Made by a program: the position numbers and the translations under genes. The notes beneath the pieces were generated by a model. It ran no database searches. It saw only the letters and a program-made list of their open reading frames with translations, and had not been told where the DNA came from. 64,000 bases of DNA from Octopus vulgaris (Eukaryota). Below are positions 1 to 14,240 of the stretch, in pieces. The stretch covers positions 67,704,001-67,768,000 of the forward strand of contig OX597824.1 of assembly GCA_951406725.2 (NCBI GenBank), in the 5' to 3' direction. The stretch's first letter is position 1; every line of letters begins with the position of its first letter.

Positions 1-341
1 TGTATATGTATGTATATAATGTAACATATGTATATAGTAGCAACAGAAAAGAGGAATTTCGATTATCCCCACGTGGTGAGTTGTAATGTATATGGAGTTG
101 AATGCAGATGTTATTCAAGTTCTTTTACTTTCGACATATGATTCGAAGACAACATTGGATTTATTCCAAAGAAATAAACGTTCAACTCCATTTATTTACT
201 TATACTATACAAATTATCGCACATTAACCCGGAGTTTGTACCTTTGAATACATCCTTGTTACTTGCGTGAATTTTGCTACCCTGGTAACTGTTTACTGAA
301 TTTTCCGTGTTAACTGTAAACAAAATATAATTCATTCATCC

Positions 342-381
<40 letters not shown>

Positions 382-384
<3 letters not shown>

Positions 385-494
385 TACACATATCACTTCG
401 ACATACACCACGTATTTTGAATTTGTAAGAAATGTAATCTTACTATTTGAAACTACGAATTATAGAGATTATCTCATTCTCTTTATGGTATAGT
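382..494 (-). pseudogene. Remnant of the stop codon and 3' UTR of an SLC22 paralog
   Basis: Collinear similarity to 23326-23438 (ttttgaatttgtaa.aaatgtaatctt...ttctctttatg.tatagt), including the ACT ATA nCA TAA stop context. Confidence 0.7.
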
Positions 495-689
495 TTAGAT
501 GTGCTAGAAGCAACAGTCAAATCTACCCAAAGTTACACACCTTTTCGTCAGAAAGTTATTTTGGAATTATAAATAGAAACAAATTGCAGATTCGGAGCGT
601 CTGTATTTTAAAACTTTCATTTTAAAATGCTTCGAAAAAAGACGAAATCATAGGATTTATGGAGGAGCGTTGATAACACAACGTAACAA

Positions 690-2830
690 TTTAAAAAAAA
701 AAAAATGTTTATTGTATTTTTTTTTAATTGTTTATCAAACCATTTTTTCTGCTGATTCCAAAACTGAAATTATTTTTTTTTGTATCATCAACAGTTAAAA
801 AATATATGTTGACTTTCAATGTTATTATATATTCGGTATTGTTATAATGTTCCGCTACTAAATGTATGTCTAATTTTCTCTTTCAGACCAATTACTAAGT
901 TCTGCTACTTTCAGAATAGCTACTAGAGTATGTAAAAATTTTCCAGATACATTTCGCTATGTGTGTGGTTATTAGATTGGAAAAAAAAGGTATTACATAA
1001 GATCGTGAAAGGTGCCAAATTGTGGATAGCGTAGAGACTATTTCGGAATGCCCATGGGTGACCTGGACAAACTATGGGCCCCACATATGATATGTGGAAG
1101 CTGTCGATCTACTCTAAAAGGAGGGTTAAGATGTACAGAAAGGTCAATGCCTTTTGCCATTCCAAGGTTATGGAGAGAACCAAAGAACCATCACGATGAC
1201 TGTTATTTTTGTATGATCGATGTGACAAAGTACAGAAAAGTGAAAGGAAGACAAGCTCTTCAGTATCCAGACATACCATCATCTAGAGCACCTGTCCCAC
1301 ATGATAACCGTTTACTAGTACCACTACCACCAGAAAATATTTCATCTGAAGAGTCAACAAGTAGCAGCAGCCAAGATATGGAGGAAGCTTTCGTACCAAG
1401 AACGACTTCGGAGACTCAGTTTTCAAATTGGAGTGAGCTAGATGATTTAATCAGGTTCTGGGTCTTACTAAGTCAGGAGCTGAACTTCTTTGATCAATGT
1501 CGAAATTAGTTAGTTAGTTAGTTAGTTAGTTAATTTGGCTCAAAAGCAAATAGCAAGGCCATGTAGTTGAACATGGAGTTAAGTACAGGGTGGTGTTCAT
1601 GTAAAGTGTTCAGGCCACTTGAGGTCCAGGGAGGCTTTGAACAAAGCGGTCGTCGGCATCTTCACCATCTTGTCTGGCAGCTTGTTCCACGGATCCGCAA
1701 CCCGGACGGAGAAAGCTCCTCTCCTTCGATTGAGATGAAATCGTCGCAGGTAGAGCTTTTCGGAATGACCCCGCAGCCGACGCTCTGGAGCAGGAGTGAA
1801 GAACAGCTCTTTCGAGAGGTTACACTTTCCGCTTATGATGTTGTGGGCGAGAATGAGATCACTACGGCGGCGGCGTTTTTCAAGAGAATAAAGGTCGAGC
1901 GTCCTCAGCCTTTCTTCGTAGGACAAATTTTTGAGACCATGAACCATGCGGGTAGCCAGCTTCTGGACTCTTTCGAGATGCTGTATGTCTTTGAGGAGAT
2001 AAGGAGAAGAGGCTTGAATCCCATACTCCAATATGGGTCTCACCAGCGTGACATAGAGTGGTAGGAGTATGGCTGCTGTGAGCATTCCGAATGACCGTCG
2101 AATCAAGAACAGAATTCCGCGTGCTTTGTTGGCAGCATGGACGCACTGGGCCGAAGGCGAAAAGGAGGAATCCACCAAGATACCTAGGTCCTTTACCTGA
2201 TCGGTCCTCTCCAGCAGCAGACGACCCGGCTCGAAATCAAGTTGAGTTGCAGGAGTAGAGCCGACAGGCAGATGACAGCACTTTGACACGTTCAGACACA
2301 GGTCCCAATCGTTAGACCACTTCCAAATTTGGTGGAGGCATCGACGAAGATCCTCTATATTACCGCGAGGAGCGACCAGTTTGAGGAATAGAATCTACTG
2401 GGGGAAGACTGCAGCAAGACATCTGTGTACTGGAAACGCCATGAAGTGAGGATCATGGTGAGAGATTTCATCAGGACATCGCAACTATGGAAAGAAGATA
2501 CCAAGGACGATGGGATATTGCTTTGATGGGGAAGGTATACACTCCAGAAAATCTCGTTCGTCAAATCACTTCTCATGTTAAGAAAAGAGTTATCAAAGCA
2601 TTTACAGTACAGAGTTTTATTGTTTCGTTTGTTCTAACTAATATTATACTTCCTAAATACCTTTCAATATATGAAAAAGTATTAAATGTTGTATAATTAT
2701 CCTTACAAAACTAGAATAGATTGAACCAACAAAGTGTTGTAGAGAAAAGTTACAAATATAACGAGCAAATATGTAATTAGAAATAAATAAATAACTATCG
2801 ATGTTACGCCAAAACGAATGTGATTTTTGA
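690..2830 (+). mobile_element. Chapaev3-like (CMC superfamily) DNA transposon relic, internally deleted and interrupted by a LINE
   Basis: N-terminal Zn-finger motifs GDLDKLWAPHMICGSC and WREPKNHHDDCYFC (1048-1509). C-terminal SEDHGERFHQDIATMERRYQGRWD at ~2445-2520. Boundaries approximate. Confidence 0.65.
1506..2360 (-). mobile_element. 5'-truncated CR1/L2-group LINE (RT C-terminus and 3' tail)
   Basis: ORF 1597-2289 has KDLGILVD, LYVTLVRPILEY, LRGH..KL and FSVRV..WNKLP; (TAAC)n tail at 1506-1532. Confidence 0.88.
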
Positions 2831-2870
2831 ATTTAGTGGCGAAAAATGCATATATGAACATTAAAATACA

Positions 2871-3228
2871 ATGGCTGTGTGGTAAGTAGCTTGCTAACCA
2901 ACCACACGGTTGCGGGTTCAGTCCCACTGCGTGGCATCTTGGGCAAGTGTCTTCTGCTATAGCCCCGGGCCGACCAATGCCTTGTGAGTGGATTTGGTAG
3001 ACGGAAACTGAAAGAAGCCTGTCGTATATATGTATATATATGTATATGTGTGTGTGTTTGTGTGTCTGTGTTTGTCCCCCTAGCATTGCTTGACAACCGA
3101 TGCTGGTGTGTTTAGGTCCCCGTCACTTAGCGGTTCGGCAAAAAGAGACCGATAGAATAAGTACTAAAAGGTGGTGCTCCAGCATGGCCGCAGTCAAATG
3201 ACTGAAACAAGTAAAAGAGTAAAAGAGA
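2871..3228 (+). mobile_element. tRNA-derived SINE (family A, central TA/TG microsatellite)
   Basis: A-box TGGCTGTGTGG and B-box-like GGGTTCAGTCC. The same family occurs at 10561, 36870, 50880 and 54645. Confidence 0.85.
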
Positions 3229-3254
3229 ATATGTTACATTGTGTAATAAGAAGA

Positions 3255-3960
3255 TTTTTTTATGTGCTTCTTTATGCATGTATTTGTATCTAGTTCTTGT
3301 TTGTGAGTAGCAGTTATATATTATATGTCATATCTATTTGTAAAGTTTTAAAGGGATTTCATGTAAATTAGAATAGAACGAGTTTCAATCTATTTATCCT
3401 GCCAAACATATGCCGTGGAATATAATTTAGAAATTAAAGCAGAACTAAAATTATTCAAATGCAAACACGTTATCTCAATACATTTGCATTAACAAATATA
3501 CGACACTCTTTTTCGAAACTTTGATTAATAAAATTATCAGTGACTGACCACGAAATAAACTTCTATTTTCGGTACTTAGGTTGTTAAGCAAAAATATGTA
3601 CCTTAAACTTATGATATTCGGGTTATATTTCATAATTGTAATAAGATGATATTTTTTGATAATGCTTTTGGGCACCTGAAAATTCATGAGGACGGGGCCT
3701 CGTTGAAGCGTAAACAGTGCTAGTTTCAAGTCTCCAGTATAATGCTCTTTGTATTCAGGGTGGCGATCTAACATCGAAGCCCACGAAGTTTACCTTCATC
3801 GACAGAAATAAATTGTAAAACTGCAATTCCATACGATCTGGATCGACCGAATAACTTGCACACCTCGTAATCAGCCAAGAAAACAAATCTATCGTAGAGA
3901 CTGTGTCCCTGCGTCTTATCTTATCGCTCATCACCTGCCCATATTTTTCCGTATATATGT
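3255..3960. repeat. Copy of the SLC22 upstream segment (same orientation as 62420-63720)
   Basis: Shares ttcttgtttgtgagtagcag, catatgccgtggaatataattt and ctcatcacctgcccatattttt with 12535-13680 and 62420-63720. Confidence 0.8.
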
Positions 3961-3973
3961 ATTTCTATCTCTT

Positions 3974-4051
<78 letters not shown>

Positions 4052-5334
4052 TATATTTATTTATTTATTTATTTATATGCGGTAAATAAGAAAATGGAGA
4101 GGATGCAAAAACGACATACATCAGCCGGTATTAGAAGAATACAGACACATGTAATAACAATGTTTTACATACACATGTACTAATATTACAGAAAACAGCA
4201 AAAGAGCAAAAGATCAGATTGACAGTAGGTTCTAGTTCCTTTTGGCCGTTTCTGCCAAGAGGCAACAAAATCCTCCATGCCATCTCCATCTCCTCAGTGT
4301 TCTGCAGGGGTGGGCAGATAAAGTTTGGACGATGAATGTGCCTCTAGGCTTCTTCAGAAGGTCTAAGCGTTTGGGAGGGTTAATACATATAAAAAAAACA
4401 GTTAACAGTAGATAGTGTGTTTGTCTTTTTGAAAGGGCAGAAAAAGAATAGGAACAAATATGAGGATGTTAGTGAATCACAACTTATTAAAATTATTTGG
4501 GTATATATATGTAACTATGCTGGAGCACCCCAAAGGCGGTGCTCCAGCATAGCAACAGTCACATGACTGAAACAAGTAAAATAGTATATTATTTGGGGAG
4601 TAAGCTACACACTTCCCGTGATGTATTACAAGATCCATATTATTTCGTCCAATTGTGGATAGGTAAATATAGTTCTCAGGAGGGTTTTTTTCAGGAAGGG
4701 TGAATTTAGGCAGTAGTTCTCATTTTGCGTACGTAGAAATTCATATTATGTTTACATAGAAATACTGTGGTGGGTTTGAAGGTATGGTTCGTGTTACACA
4801 GGTGAAGGTTTATATGTAAAGTGCCAGCTTGTAGGTGCAATGTTGCGGATGGTATGGCATAAGCAGCCTAATGGTGGTGAATCCATCATGGGAAAATTTG
4901 GTATATGAATGTACTAATGAGTAAGAAACCAGGTGGGACCAAAGTGCAGTGTTAGTGTTCGTTATCTTTTGTCGATAAATAAGTCTCGGAATCCCTGTGT
5001 GTAGTGGTCAGTCCTACAACCTAATTGGTCAGCTATATTTTCAGAAAATCATGACTTGGTTACGGTCCGTTGATGGTTAACCGATAAACCAAAACAAATC
5101 AACTAAATAAATAGATAAAAACCATGACCATTATGGGCAAGTAAATGAGCAAAATGAGGGTAAAACAAATAAGTAAGTGCGATAAGTAAAGCAGTAGGAT
5201 TAAGGGAAGACGATCCTAAAGGACAACATAAGGAAAATCAAAGAATATAAACGTATAAAAATATAAATATATAAAACTTATATTTATCTATCGGGGGAAT
5301 CTACTGTATATAGTTAAACGTAATATATGATGGA

Positions 5335-7451
5335 CAGGGGATTCATTGTTGTCTGAAAGCAGAAGGAGGATTTCGCGAACAGGGACTTGGAACTTACCAA
5401 GCATATATTTAAATCCAGAAAAGCACCAACAACTAACAAGCACCTGGATAATTTTGAACAAGAATTATGAAGTACCATTAAAACAAGTTGAAGAACCACC
5501 CCCTCAAACACAACCCGTACCAGAGAAAGTTGAAAGAGCTGATACGAAATTTAGATACCAAAAATGGAATTCTAATGCATTCGGACGCAACTAGAAACAT
5601 CTACAATATGACCCCCAGCATATACCTCGAACTCATCCATAGGTAAATCACGAGAAAGTATAAGGCAATCACGACAGAATAAAATTAAGATTACAAGAGA
5701 ATGATAGCGATATCATTTACAAATCAAAAAGGTTAATCGGTGGAAGTTGAACCAAGAAACGAAAAATGTTAATGAAATTCTGAAATACATCAGAACAAAC
5801 AACATCAGAGAAACAAATAATTTGATCACGGCAGCAAATATTGTTGTAGCAGAAAACGTGGGGGTTGATGTCAAGAAAAATAAACATAATGGGAGTGACA
5901 AAAGAAAAGATCCATGGTAGAAAAGAAGAATCCAGGTAGGGTTAGACATGCTCTCGAAGAAGACCGAAAACAGATAGGGAAGCTTAAAAGCGAACAAAAA
6001 TACAGGGCACTGGAAAGGAAATATGATATTGAAATAAAGGTCCTGGAAGTAGTAATGGATGATCTGAAACAGCGCTTCGTTGCAAAGAAAGTAAAGATGG
6101 TAAGATACAACCGAAGAATAACCTATTCTGGTTACCAACAGAGTAGATCAGAAGAGATTCTATAAAAGAAATAAATGGAGAGTGTACAGATGAAAAGTAA
6201 ATACCAGATCATAATGAAAATCAAAGGTTTTGGAGTGACATCTGGAGCAAAGACAAGGAGCACCACCTTGTTAAATGCCGACCAAGTAACACCAGAGTGG
6301 TTGACATTGGGTAGGACAGTGCTGTGTCTGAAAAACATCGAAAAAAGCAATGCGGTAGACAGGCCGATATCCTGTTTGCCACTTATGTGGAAGTTTTTGA
6401 CTGGAATACTCGCAGAGTCAATGTACGAACATCTGGAAAAAAATGAAGTCCTGCCACATGAGCAGAAGGGCTGCAAGCGTAAGTGCAGAGGTACCAAGGA
6501 TCAACTCCTGATAGCCAAAGCTGTACTTAGAGACTTCAAGAGGAGGAAAAGTAACTTAGCTATGTCATGGGTCGACTATCGTAAGGCCTACGATATGATC
6601 CCACATTCTTGGATTGTGGAGTGTACGGACCTATTTGGTATTACATCGAATGTTGAGCAATTGCTTGGAAAACATATGGCGAAAAGGGGGACGGGCCTGA
6701 CAGCATACGGAAGAAGTTTAGGGACAGTAGAAATCAGGAGTGGCAACTTCCAAGGGACTGCCTGTCCCCACTGAACTTTGTACTGTGCTTGATACTACTG
6801 ACACTGATTCTGAGGAAAGCAAATTTTGGGTATTATTGAAAAGCTACCAACAAGAAGTCAACCATTTGTTATTCATGGATAACCTTAAACTTTATGGTAA
6901 AGACGAAGCCTAAGTCAGTTCCCTCATTAATACGGTGTATACCTTCAGTGCTGATATCAAAATGGAGTTCGGACTGAGAAGGTGTGGTGTGTTAGTCTTG
7001 AAGAGAGGCAAAATCGAATGTATAGACGGGCTAACGATACCGTCGGGGGAGTTTATGAAGCAGATAGAAGAGACGGGCTATAAGTACTTGGTGATTTTGG
7101 AAATGGATAAATTGATGGAGAAAGAAATGACAGAAAATATTAAAGTGGAGTAGTTGTTCTGACAGACTGATCCTTAAGTCGAAATGAAACGGACGGAATA
7201 AGATCGATGGAAAAAGTAGCAGTAGTGCCAATAATTGTCAGAACCCTGGGAGCAGTGATAAAAAATCTCGAGAAGTACGTGGAGCAAATAGGGGCTGCAA
7301 TAAGAGTGGAGTACTTGCGGAAAACAGCACTACTTGGAACCGCTCGAACACTCCGGAAGGTGCTCGAAAAATAAGGGGTGTTACCTTAGTTCACTGGTAG
7401 TGAACAGCTGACTCTATAGTACATCTCCAACATTAGAATCTGTGCAAAGTC
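5335..7451 (+). mobile_element. Degenerate R4/Dong-clade non-LTR retrotransposon (RT plus REL-end), internally deleted
   Basis: [22 protein letters not shown] and [13 protein letters not shown]; C-terminal KTALLGTARTLRKVL; ends in (AAT)n. Confidence 0.85.
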
Positions 7452-7492
7452 AATAATAATAATAATAACAACAACAACAACAACAATAATAC

Positions 7493-7550
<58 letters not shown>

Positions 7551-9040
7551 TCATTCGTTTATTGGCCACAAGGGCTAACAAAAATCAATTAAAACATAAA
7601 GGGACAAAACACAGGACGAAAGTTACAAAGGGTTTTGTCCGAAATATAAGTAACAATTAAAACTCCCAATAGGGGGAGGCGCTTCGAAAGGTTACTCGTG
7701 GAAAACCCCATAAAAGCCACGGGAGCCTGGTCTAAAGGTGGGTAGAGAGCCCTTTTCTCCTTTTGTATTTCCTTTTAATTTTTACAGGTGCATCCTCAGA
7801 ATTGGTCCGTTCATACTGGACATTCTTGCGACATCACCCACCTTTCAATAAACTTGCTACCAGACAGCACTTCCCTCTCTACTCTCATCTTCCTTTTCAA
7901 GTGAAACTTGAAAAAGTTGATGAGGCCTTGGCCAAAGAGGAAAGTGTCTGACCTTAGCCCTTTCAGACGGGTCCACCATATCACCTCTTTCGCTACAGCC
8001 ACTAGGCAAAGGAATAATAATAATGATTGCTCCACGATCCTTTCGACTTCTGACATGTGACATCCGTTGCACCTGTACAGGTAATGTCAATCTGATGGAG
8101 GAAGTGAGCTTTTATCTACACAAAATTTGATAACTATAAAGAAATATTTTTTATGTGTGTTTAGGAAAAAACTTAATTCTTTATTAGGTGATGTGGATTT
8201 ATCCTCTTCTGCCGGTGTATCCTGTATGAGGTTCTTTGTTGAGTTTTGGAGATTGGGGAGGGTTTAGATTTTTCCCCACCTCCCGTCGTGGCTTGTGGGG
8301 TGTCGTTGATTAAGTTCCGGTGAATGTATTTAGTAAACTTTAATTGTAATGTTCCAATGTCATTAGGATATTGTTCTTTTAGTTCTGTGTATAAATGAGT
8401 CAAGTTTTATTAATTGGATGTGTTCAGGAATTTGTGAATGTGAGGAGGTAGCGTTGGAAGTTGATATGCAGGGATTTTCGTTTATGCGTTATGTTAATTG
8501 TGTGTTCTTTGTGTTGGTTATCGTGATGTCGATGACAGATTCTAGAGTATGAGGCTCAGGTGTGTGTGTGGGTGTGTGCTTGTATTGTGGTGTGTGTGGA
8601 TGTGGGGCGGTGGTGGTTGAAAAAGTGTATATTCTTTTCCTTTTTTTTTATAGCCACTTCCCATTTCTGATCAGTTGTGGGGTTGCCTTGCCTTTTTGTG
8701 GTAGTGCTTGTGCTGGATGGTGACGGGTTTGGTTTGTTGATGTTATACTTTGGGGTCTTGCACGCTTTGATGTCTGCGAGGGGCTTGCGGTGGTATTGGG
8801 TTGGTGTTGGTTTCCTTGTCCAGGTGCTTTGGAGGCACGTCTGGTGGAGGATGGCCCGTTTGTGGGTTATACAATTCGCAACAGTTTCTAATGTGGCCCT
8901 TTTGACCGCATTTGTAACATCAGGGCCTTCGACGCTCCACCATGACTCGGAGGCCTGTGCAATCTAGTAACTTTATTAAGGTGGGTGTAATTTTGAGATC
9001 TTACTGTGTGACTTGTATGATGATTTCGAGGCCTTGGTCC
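7551..9040 (-). mobile_element. Internally deleted Tx1/L1-type LINE (ORF1 zinc knuckle plus extreme ORF2 C-terminus)
   Basis: CYKCGQKGHIRNCC (CCHC) at ~8878-8920; AKEVIWWTRLKG...FIERW at 7811-8056; AATAAA followed by a (TTA)n tail. Confidence 0.7.
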
Positions 9041-9444
9041 CACCAGTTTTGTTGTTGCGGCTGCTTCACAACTAGAAAGCAACAGCATGTTTTCAGAACA
9101 AAAGAAAATATATCCTGTCCTCCTTTCTTGTCTGCCTAATATGTCTTTTTACAAGCAAGGTTATTTACTTAATTCAATCAGATATAGGATTCAAAACAAA
9201 ATAGATTTGTTTTCCTGACTGATTACGAGGTACACACGTTATTCACTCGATCCTGATCGTATGGAATTGCAGATTGTACAAAATAGTTTAGTTCTATACA
9301 TAATGGTAATCTTCGAGGACCTCGATGTTAGATCGGTACCCTAAATGTAAAGAGCATTATACAGTAGACTTGAAACTAACACTGTTTACGCTTCAACGAG
9401 GCCGTGGCCTCACAAATTTTCAGGTGCCCCGAAAGCACCACTCA

Positions 9445-10560
9445 AAAGACTTGGGCATTTCCAAATCAGCAATCCAACTGACTTCTTTACCACTGCAGAT
9501 ATAGAATCAGAGGCGGCGACGATAAATTACATCGATATAAAGGAAGACGATGTAATAAAGGCTATAGATGAAATGAAAACAGACTCAGCTATTGGCCCCG
9601 ATGGATTCCCGGCAATCCTCCTAAAAGTATGTAAGAGAGTCCTAGCAAGACCACTGCAGTTCCTCTTTCAGAGCTTCCTTGCAGCTGGCAAACTTCCAAG
9701 AAAACTGAAGGAAGGTAAAATATGCCCTATTCATAAAGGAGGTAGCAGAGCGGAGGCCAAGAACTACAGACCTATCTCTCTGACCTCACACATCAGCAAG
9801 GTCATGGAACGAATAGTCAGAAGGAAACTAATCACCTTCCTTGAAGAAAATGACTTGCTGCCTGACACCCAACATGGTTTCCGACCAGGAAGAAGCTGCT
9901 TAACTCAGCTCCTGCAGCACTATGACTGGGTGCTGAAACAACTGCTCAACCACTCAAATGTGGAAGTCATATATCTCGACTTCGCAAAGGCCTTCGATAA
10001 AGTCGATCATGGAATGATATGTCACAAACTGCGTGATCTTGGCATAGTTGGAAAACTAGGAGAATGGCTTCATGACTTTCTGAAGAATAGAAGTCAGGTG
10101 GTAGCAGCCAATGGGGCCACTTCCATTAGCACGCAAATAGTGAGCGGTGTTCCACAGGGCACTGTTTTGGGACCACTACTGTTCATAATGGCCCTCTCAG
10201 ACATGCCCTCAGCCACGCGGAGAGCCACGATCACAAGTTATGCAGATGATACAAAAGTTTCATAGGCAATACAGAACCCTGAAGACACTAAGCACCTGCA
10301 ATGTGAGCTGGACGAAATATACAAGTGGGCTGAAAAGAATAGCATGCAGTTCAATGCTGAAAAGTTTCAAGCTTTATACTATCAGCATGCAAAACTGAAT
10401 GCAATACCCAATGAATACACTGGACCCGGAGGGATTACAATCCCAGAGGCACAATCAGTGCGTGACCTGGGTATTTGCATGAGTGATGACGCGACCTTTC
10501 ATGTACATGTTGCTAAACTGACAATGAAATGCAGACGGCTGGCTGGATGGATTCTTAGAA
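9445..10560 (+). mobile_element. CR1/L2-group LINE RT fragment (stop at 10263), related to the 14247-19036 element
   Basis: GPDG, NYRPISLTS, QHGFR, YLDFAKAFD, GVPQG, YADD. Confidence 0.9.
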
Positions 10561-10708
10561 CCGCCTTTACTCGAGCAAATCGACCCCGGGACTTATTCTT
10601 TGTAAGCCTAGTACTTATTCTATCGGTCTCTTTTGCCAAACCGCCAAGTGACGGGGACGTAAACGCACCAGCATCGGTTGTCAAGCAATGCTAGGGCGAC
10701 AAACACAG

Positions 10709-10743
<35 letters not shown>

Positions 10744-10914
10744 CATATATACGACAGGCGTCTTTCAGTTTACCAAATCCACTCATAAGGCATTGGTTGG
10801 CCCGGGGCTATAGCAGAAGACACTGCCCAAGATGCCACGCAGTGGGCCTGGGCCTGAACCCGGAACCATGTGGTTGGTTAGCAAGCTACTTACCACACAG
10901 CCACTCCTGCGCCT
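10561..10914 (-). mobile_element. SINE family A, 3'-clipped at its junction with the LINE
   Basis: Reverse-complement match to 2871-3228. Confidence 0.85.
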
Positions 10915-11221
10915 GTATATTTTAAGCAAAAATATACATTTTTTGCTTAACAACATAAAGACAGAGAATACCACATTTGTTAATGTAAATGTATTGAGAT
11001 AATGTGTTTGCATTTGTATAATTTTAGTTCTGGTTTAATTTCTAAATTATATTCCACGGCATATGTTTGGTGGATAAATAGATTGAAACTCGTTCTATTC
11101 TAATTTGCATGAAATCCATTAAAACATTACAAACATGTTGATATGACCTGTAATATACAACTGCTACTCAAAAACAAGAACTAAATGCAAATTCACACAT
11201 AAAGAAACACAAACGTATATA

Positions 11222-11420
<199 letters not shown>

Positions 11421-11490
11421 ATATTACTCTACCACTGGTATTTGAGTACTCTTTTTTCCACCTTGTTTCACATTTATGTGTTTACTCCGG

Positions 11491-11550
<60 letters not shown>

Positions 11551-11937
11551 CTTACCGAAATGCAGTTCGAAAAAGCCCGCCATTTACATGAATATATGAT
11601 GAATAAACATTTCCATGTGCTACGATGGAGGCGACAGTCGTCTGTTTGATTCCGCTAGGTATGTTGGTTTTGTTTATTTTTGATATGTTCTGAATATGTT
11701 TCACTGATGAACAAAAGACGTAGATAATACGTTAATTGCGGAATCACAGGTGATCTGGAATTAAATTCTGTTTCTAAATGTCTTGCTTCGAGAGCTGTAT
11801 TCGGTACGATTCGTTTATTTTTGGTAGTAATGACTTTGAAAGTCCCTCCTAGCGTGTGGCATTTATGTGTAATAATGCCCTCTATACAATATATATATAC
11901 AATATATATATAATATATATATATAATATATATATAC

Positions 11938-12015
<78 letters not shown>

Positions 12016-12443
12016 GTATGTATGTATGTATTTTTTTAAAGTTTCAGCTCAGAGCTGTGGCCATGCTGATGCACCGCCGTTTTGCGCTACACCGTTATTA
12101 CTAGGAGCCTCCACTAATATGTGGCACTTGATGAAAAATGGAGTTTGATATAGCTACCCTCATTTGCTGCTTTCTTCCAAGGAATGTAATGCTCTTAGCT
12201 TATTCTTCCTTGGGGCTGGTCAGATTGGTGCAATCTCGAGTATAACCAGCCGAAATTGCAAAGATAATCTAGAACTCGATAGCGGATAGAAAACTTCGAT
12301 TGATCCGTCCTTGATTTCCTCGTATCGTCTGTCTGGATATTTTGTTTTCCTTGTTTTGTTCCACCTAACTGTCTGGATGTTTTGCGTTCTTGTCCCATTT
12401 TTGTATTTTTTATATATAAAATATAGCAGCGTACTCACACTCT

Positions 12444-12534
<91 letters not shown>

Positions 12535-12535
<1 letters not shown>

Positions 12536-13680
12536 TGTGTGTTTCTTTAGGCGTGTATTTGTATTTAGCTTTTGTTTGTGAGTACCATTTGTATATTACA
12601 TGTTATTTCTACATGTTTGGAATGTCTTAAATGGATTTCATACAACTTAGAATATAACGAGCTGCAATCTATTTATTCTACGAAACATATGCCGTGGAAT
12701 ATAATTTCGAAAATAAAATAGAACAAAGATTATACAAATGCAAATACATTATCTCAATTCATTTACATTAGCAGATGTACAACATTCTTTATCGAAACTC
12801 GAATTAATACAATTATCATTGACTGACCATGAAATAAAGTTTAACCCTCGGTCTTTATGCTCTTAAGAAAAAATACATGCATTAAATATAAACATGATTT
12901 TCTGGCTATATTTGATAATTGTAATAAGATGACATTTTTTGATAATGCTTTTGGGAACGTAAAAAATTGTTAGGACAGAGTCATGTTGAAGTTTCAAGTC
13001 TCCATTCAAAGTGTCGCTCTAACGTCCAGGTCCTTCTATACAAAACTAAACTACTTGGTAAAAACTGCAGTTCCATACGATTTGGATTGGGTGAATAAAT
13101 TGTACACCTCGTAATCAGCCAGGAAAACAAATCTATCTTGCTGTGAATCATTGAACTGATTTAATTAAGTAAATAACCTTGCTTGTAAAACGACATATTA
13201 GGCAGAGTAGAAAGTGGGGCGGGGGCAGGATATCTTTTCTTGTATTCTGAAAATAAGTTGTTGCTTTCTAGTTGTGAGAATAAAAAGATTGCTTTCTCTA
13301 AGTTTGAATGTGATACACTACAAACAGCAGATTGTAAGACCAACTGTTGTTGCTACATCAATAGCCCGATTCTCTCCGTCCCTATTCTATGTTCAGCCTG
13401 TATGTGTAAAATCTGTGATGTGAGATACTCCACCATATCTGTGATATTTATCTGGCATCGACATCTCCACTTTTTCTCTTCTCCAACGACAGAGTACAAC
13501 GGTGGTGGTGTTTTATGCCCCACAAATGTTAGCGGGACCTGCATATCCACTCATAATCATTAGAACCCATGTCCCTACGCCTTATCTCGGCGCTCATCAC
13601 TTGCCCCTATTTTTCCGGAAAATATAATGCGAATCTAAATCCAGCATTATTACAAAAATCTCTTGGCTTTACTCTCGGAA
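12535..13680. repeat. Copy of the SLC22 upstream segment
   Basis: Collinear with 62420-63720. The ORFs at 13240 and 63097 share SKFECDTLQTAD only because of this DNA homology. Confidence 0.85.
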
Positions 13681-13891
13681 GCGTATGTGTGTGTGTATAT
13701 ATATATATACATACATATGTATACATACATACACACATACATACATAAATACATCCACACACACACAAACATATATATACATATATACACAGACATATAT
13801 AAGTGTGTGTGTTTACATATACAAATATATATATATACATTTGTATATGTACATATATATATTATCTGTATATATATATATATATATAATA

Positions 13892-13929
<38 letters not shown>

Positions 13930-13999
13930 TATTAGAGACAAAACCACTATTTTGCAAAACAAACAAGGAAAGACTTAATCAATATATATATATCATCTG

Positions 14000-14180
<181 letters not shown>

Positions 14181-14203
14181 GTATATATATATGTATATAT
14201 ATG

Positions 14204-14240
<37 letters not shown>

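Larger units (their letters stand above)
9050..11212. repeat. Inverted copy of the SLC22 upstream segment, split by LINE and SINE insertions (9445-10914)
   Basis: 9050-9440 and 10920-11212 are reverse-complement matches to 12535-13290 and 3255-3890. Confidence 0.78.

Noticed and set aside
1567-2064. 165-aa plus-strand ORF (also 14772-15548 plus-strand ORFs)
   Set aside because: Antisense shadows of LINE RT coding sequence.
4100-5060. Possible decayed Penelope element with partial hammerheads (tgcc-tctt-ggca-GAAA on the minus strand)
   Set aside because: Core elements are not correctly spaced and the peptide similarity is too weak to call by eye.
12205-12270. ggctggt...accagcc-GAAA-ttgcaa hairpin
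   Set aside because: It lacks the CUGANGA core and cleavage triplet; at most an eroded pLTR.
13161-13563. Cys-rich ORF resembling ORF 63097-63411 (possible small gene family)
   Set aside because: Frames and stops are not conserved among the four copies; the similarity reflects duplicated non-coding DNA.
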